A program made the position numbers and the translations under genes. The notes beneath the pieces were generated by a model, which worked only from the letters and a program-made list of their open reading frames with translations, was not told the DNA's origin and did not search any database. A stretch of 64,000 nucleotides of DNA from Octopus bimaculoides (Eukaryota), in NCBI RefSeq assembly GCF_001194135.2, contig NC_068981.1, positions 184,447,677 to 184,511,676 of the forward strand, given 5' to 3'. Below, one piece after another: positions 60,452 through 64,000 of this stretch; position 1 is the first letter of the stretch; the number at the start of each line of letters is the position of its first letter.

Positions 60452-61117
60452 GTGGCTGGAGTATTCATTCCACTCAAATTAAACCGATTTTAATTTCAAT
60501 TAAAATTCATGTTTGATACATTTTCTCTCTAGCTGTGGCGTGATAGAAAAGTAATAAGATTAAGTTCAAGTATTTTGCTTAGATTTCATATCAGAAAAAT
60601 ATTAAAATAAACAAACACACACACACACACAAGAGAGATTAAATAGTTTCTAACCTAATACTATATTAAAGATCTGACTTAAGTCCTACTTCTAAAACGA
60701 ACCTTTTCTATATTGGTTTATAACAATTTTATTTACAGAAAACTTTTTTCGAAAACTGATTAATAAAGTTAATAACTAAGTTGATTTAATTAATATTGAG
60801 GTTTTAACTATAAATCAAATCATCCGTCACGATTAGGTATGTTGAAAGACAATGATGAAAATGGATTGGATTAGTTCAAAATCTACCATTCTGATCTGTT
60901 ACTAACCGAATGGAAACTATTACATTTTGTAATAACATCAATATATGGGGAAATCTATTTTGAAAAAAAAAAAAATAATAATAATAACCACACTTGTTCA
61001 TAAACAATCTCACCAATTATTTGTTTATACATATTGTAAATCAGTCGAAATCTGCATTTAAGTTACCAAATTAGTGTAATTCACACATTTTTTTGTTATT
61101 TTAATTTTGTAATGCTA

Positions 61118-61492
61118 TATATGGTCCAGATGGACTATATGTAATCTGAACCTTTCCCCCCCTTATTTATTAATTTTTTTTTTACGGAATCCCACGTTTT
61201 AGGCTATGGAGATTCCGATTCTGAAATTTTTTTTTCAAAATTTCGACCCCCCCCCCAGTTTTTATCTAGATCCACAGGGTAAACCTAACCCTAACACCAG
61301 TTTTGTGAGATTTGGCTGTTATTTCTAGCATGTAAATAGCCTGCTTGGTGGGTTGGTGTTATTGAAATTTTTCAAACAATTTTTTTCAGAATCGGAATCT
61401 CCATAGCGTAAAACGTGGGATTCCATAAAAAAAATTAATAAATAAGGGGGGGAAAGGTTCAGATTACATATAGTCCGTCTCTACCCTATATA
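61118..61492. mobile_element. Long-TIR (~110 bp) foldback MITE with internal TAACCC
   Basis: Arms 61118-61235 and 61375-61492 are reverse complements; TA-rich ends. Confidence 0.8.
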
Positions 61493-61683
61493 TTTCTTTT
61501 ATATTCTTTCTTTTGTTTCGAATACATTCTTCACTAAGGAATTACTGTCGTTATTGACAAAGAAAACACGAAATTCAACAAATTAAGGATGAGGGGGAGA
61601 GAGAGAGAGAGAGAGAGAGAGNNNNNNNNNNNNNNNNNNNNNNNNNNNNNNNNNGAGAGAGAAAGAGAGAGAGAGAAAGAGAA

Positions 61684-61732
<49 letters not shown>

Positions 61733-64000
61733 AAAAGAGAGAGAGAGAGAAAAAGAGAGAGAGAGAGAGATGTGCAATTATATCTTTTTTTCTACTCAAT
61801 AACACGACTATCGCTGGAGATAGGTACGAAAATGACCACCCAAAGCTACCCCATTTTTCTATTACAAAAGTATAATACTAATAATACTTGTAATGCTACT
61901 AGTATTGCTAACAGCTCTGACATTCAGTCACACAACCCAGCAACATTCAATAAACAGAGTCGAGCGAGTAAATAAATATACATACATGTCTTGTTTGTAG
62001 AAAGCACCATATTTGTTAGGAAGGGAAAGAAAAATGGGTAAATATGGCCGAAGATAAATTGAAATCAGATGAAAAAAATGCCAATAATGTCCGTATATGT
62101 GTTTATTCAATGATAAAGAGAGAGAGAAAAAAAATCCAGTATGATTAAGTACCAGTAGGTCAGTCAAAAGTCAACCCACCCCCAACTAAGTTTTAGTCAT
62201 GGCTATCGGAAGTAGCCATGATTGGTCCTAACCGACACACACACACACACACACACACACACAACTGACTCGATATTAGCTGAATGTCATTTCTTCGAAA
62301 TTAAAACAACCATTCACCATGCTATAGTCAGTGTGAAACCTCTTCGTGGTCGCTCGAACTACTCGAGATTATATATATATATGGCGATCTATATATATAT
62401 ATATTTACATATATATAACACACACAGTAAAATCTTCCTTATATCATACCCTGTTCATGGTTGCTGGAAACGCCTTGCTCTATCAGAGTTGAGTGACCTG
62501 GTTAAACGACAACTAGCCAGTTGTAGATAAAGTATGTCTATCGCAACCGGGTTTCAATTCCTAGTCGTAGCTATTTCATTTTCACTTAATTTCAATAAAA
62601 AAAAACGGGGAAAGAGTGATCCACATCGTGGTCGCTCGACCTGCTAGAAACAGCAACCAAATCTCCCTAAACTACTCTCGTCTTAAAAAAAATGGAGCAA
62701 ATCTGATATTGTAGTCCTGTGTGTACAGCGTAAAAAACACAAAACGTACCAAAAACAGATAGCCACGGTTTTCAGTCTTATAAACCTACTCGATAAGGAT
62801 TGACCTAGGGTTAAATAACTATACCTTAAAATCAATCAATTCTTATTGAGTTGTAAAGGCATTTTAAACCCTTGTTAACTTTTCTTCATCTATCAAAAAC
62901 GTTTTGATAACTAATTATTATGAAGGCTTGACCACAACAGGATAAGAGCATCATTTAACCCTTAATTCAGCAGATCTTCAATGATGAAAAGCGTTCCAGC
63001 AATGACCATCTCATTCTCTTTTTTTTTCTTTTCTTACTGAATGAAACTAGGACTACCTACCCTGTATATCTTCCTCCTTTTTTGATGATAGGGTAAGATC
63101 TGAGGAAAATTTGGGTACTATTTCCAGTAGATCGATTGACTACGTACAGGCTCCCTTCAAAGGGGCATGAACGCCACAAACTCCTTACCCTATCAAAAGA
63201 ACTATACACACACACAGTTCTTGTATATTATGTAGTGGGTTAGCTATATATATATATAAAACGGTAATATTTACTATACGCTTAAAACTAAAAAAAAAAA
63301 AGAAAAAACTTTTGATGATATTCACTTTCCCATTTTCTCATTATATATCGTTTTTTTTTAATCGGTAACGTGAAAATTAGCATCGATTCACCCATCTCCA
63401 GCTTCTAATGTAACCAAGTGCATTTTTTAGTTCTTTTGTCAACATGGAACTTGTACCAATGCATCATACATACAAAAGATTACATAATTTTATGTGGGCG
63501 AAGGGAAAAGAGCAAGAAATATTTTAAAGAAAACAATGGGGGTTTAATAAAGCGAAACATGGCACAAATATAGAATTATGTAGGTATCGGTTACCTGGTA
63601 ACCAAAGGCTAAAAACAGATACAACAAAACCTCTTAAAAAACCATTCGAACTATAAATACATGTCTTTAAAGTTGTGGTCATGCTGGGACAATATATATA
63701 TGTGTGTGTATATATATATATATATGCATGTATGTATACATATAGATGTAGGTATGTACATATATGTATGGATATATGCATATATTTATATTATATATAT
63801 ATGTTACCACTCAATGCCGTACTCAAAACAGTTAGCGAGACCCTGATTAAAGAAGTTCAAGAAACTGAAAATTAATATTTAGTTAATCATCGTTTGTAGA
63901 CAACTGACACCTACTAACATGCTTCGATGCGTGTGTGTGTATTTATAATCTGTGTTTAACGTCCACACCTATCCATGCATATTGCCGGACGGTTCTTTTT

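Noticed and set aside
61830-61975. Exon of a second gene on the + strand
   Set aside because: No recognisable homology or supporting splice chain.

Overview
Eukaryotic, AT-rich (scaffold with N gaps) animal DNA. It is most likely a coleoid cephalopod such as Octopus; this is inferred from the mollusc-type beta-catenin N-terminus and the SINE/RTE/microsatellite landscape. The window holds one complete protein-coding gene, beta-catenin/armadillo, on the minus strand. It has 15 coding exons from ATG 49405 to TAA 17543, all introns are GT-AG, all exon phases are consistent, and the CDS is 2541 nt (846 aa). The rest is intron and intergenic DNA packed with tRNA-derived SINEs, RTE/Tx1/HERO-type LINE fragments, a full-length decayed mariner, several MITE families and microsatellites. 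The most unusual signal is three unrelated foldback elements in beta-catenin introns 1 and 2. Each carries a hammerhead-ribozyme-like core with a palindromic minimal stem III, as in Penelope-like retroelements, and one is an apparent U3-A8 core variant. Two beta-catenin exons (ARM repeats 1-2 and repeat 6) are much more divergent than their neighbours.
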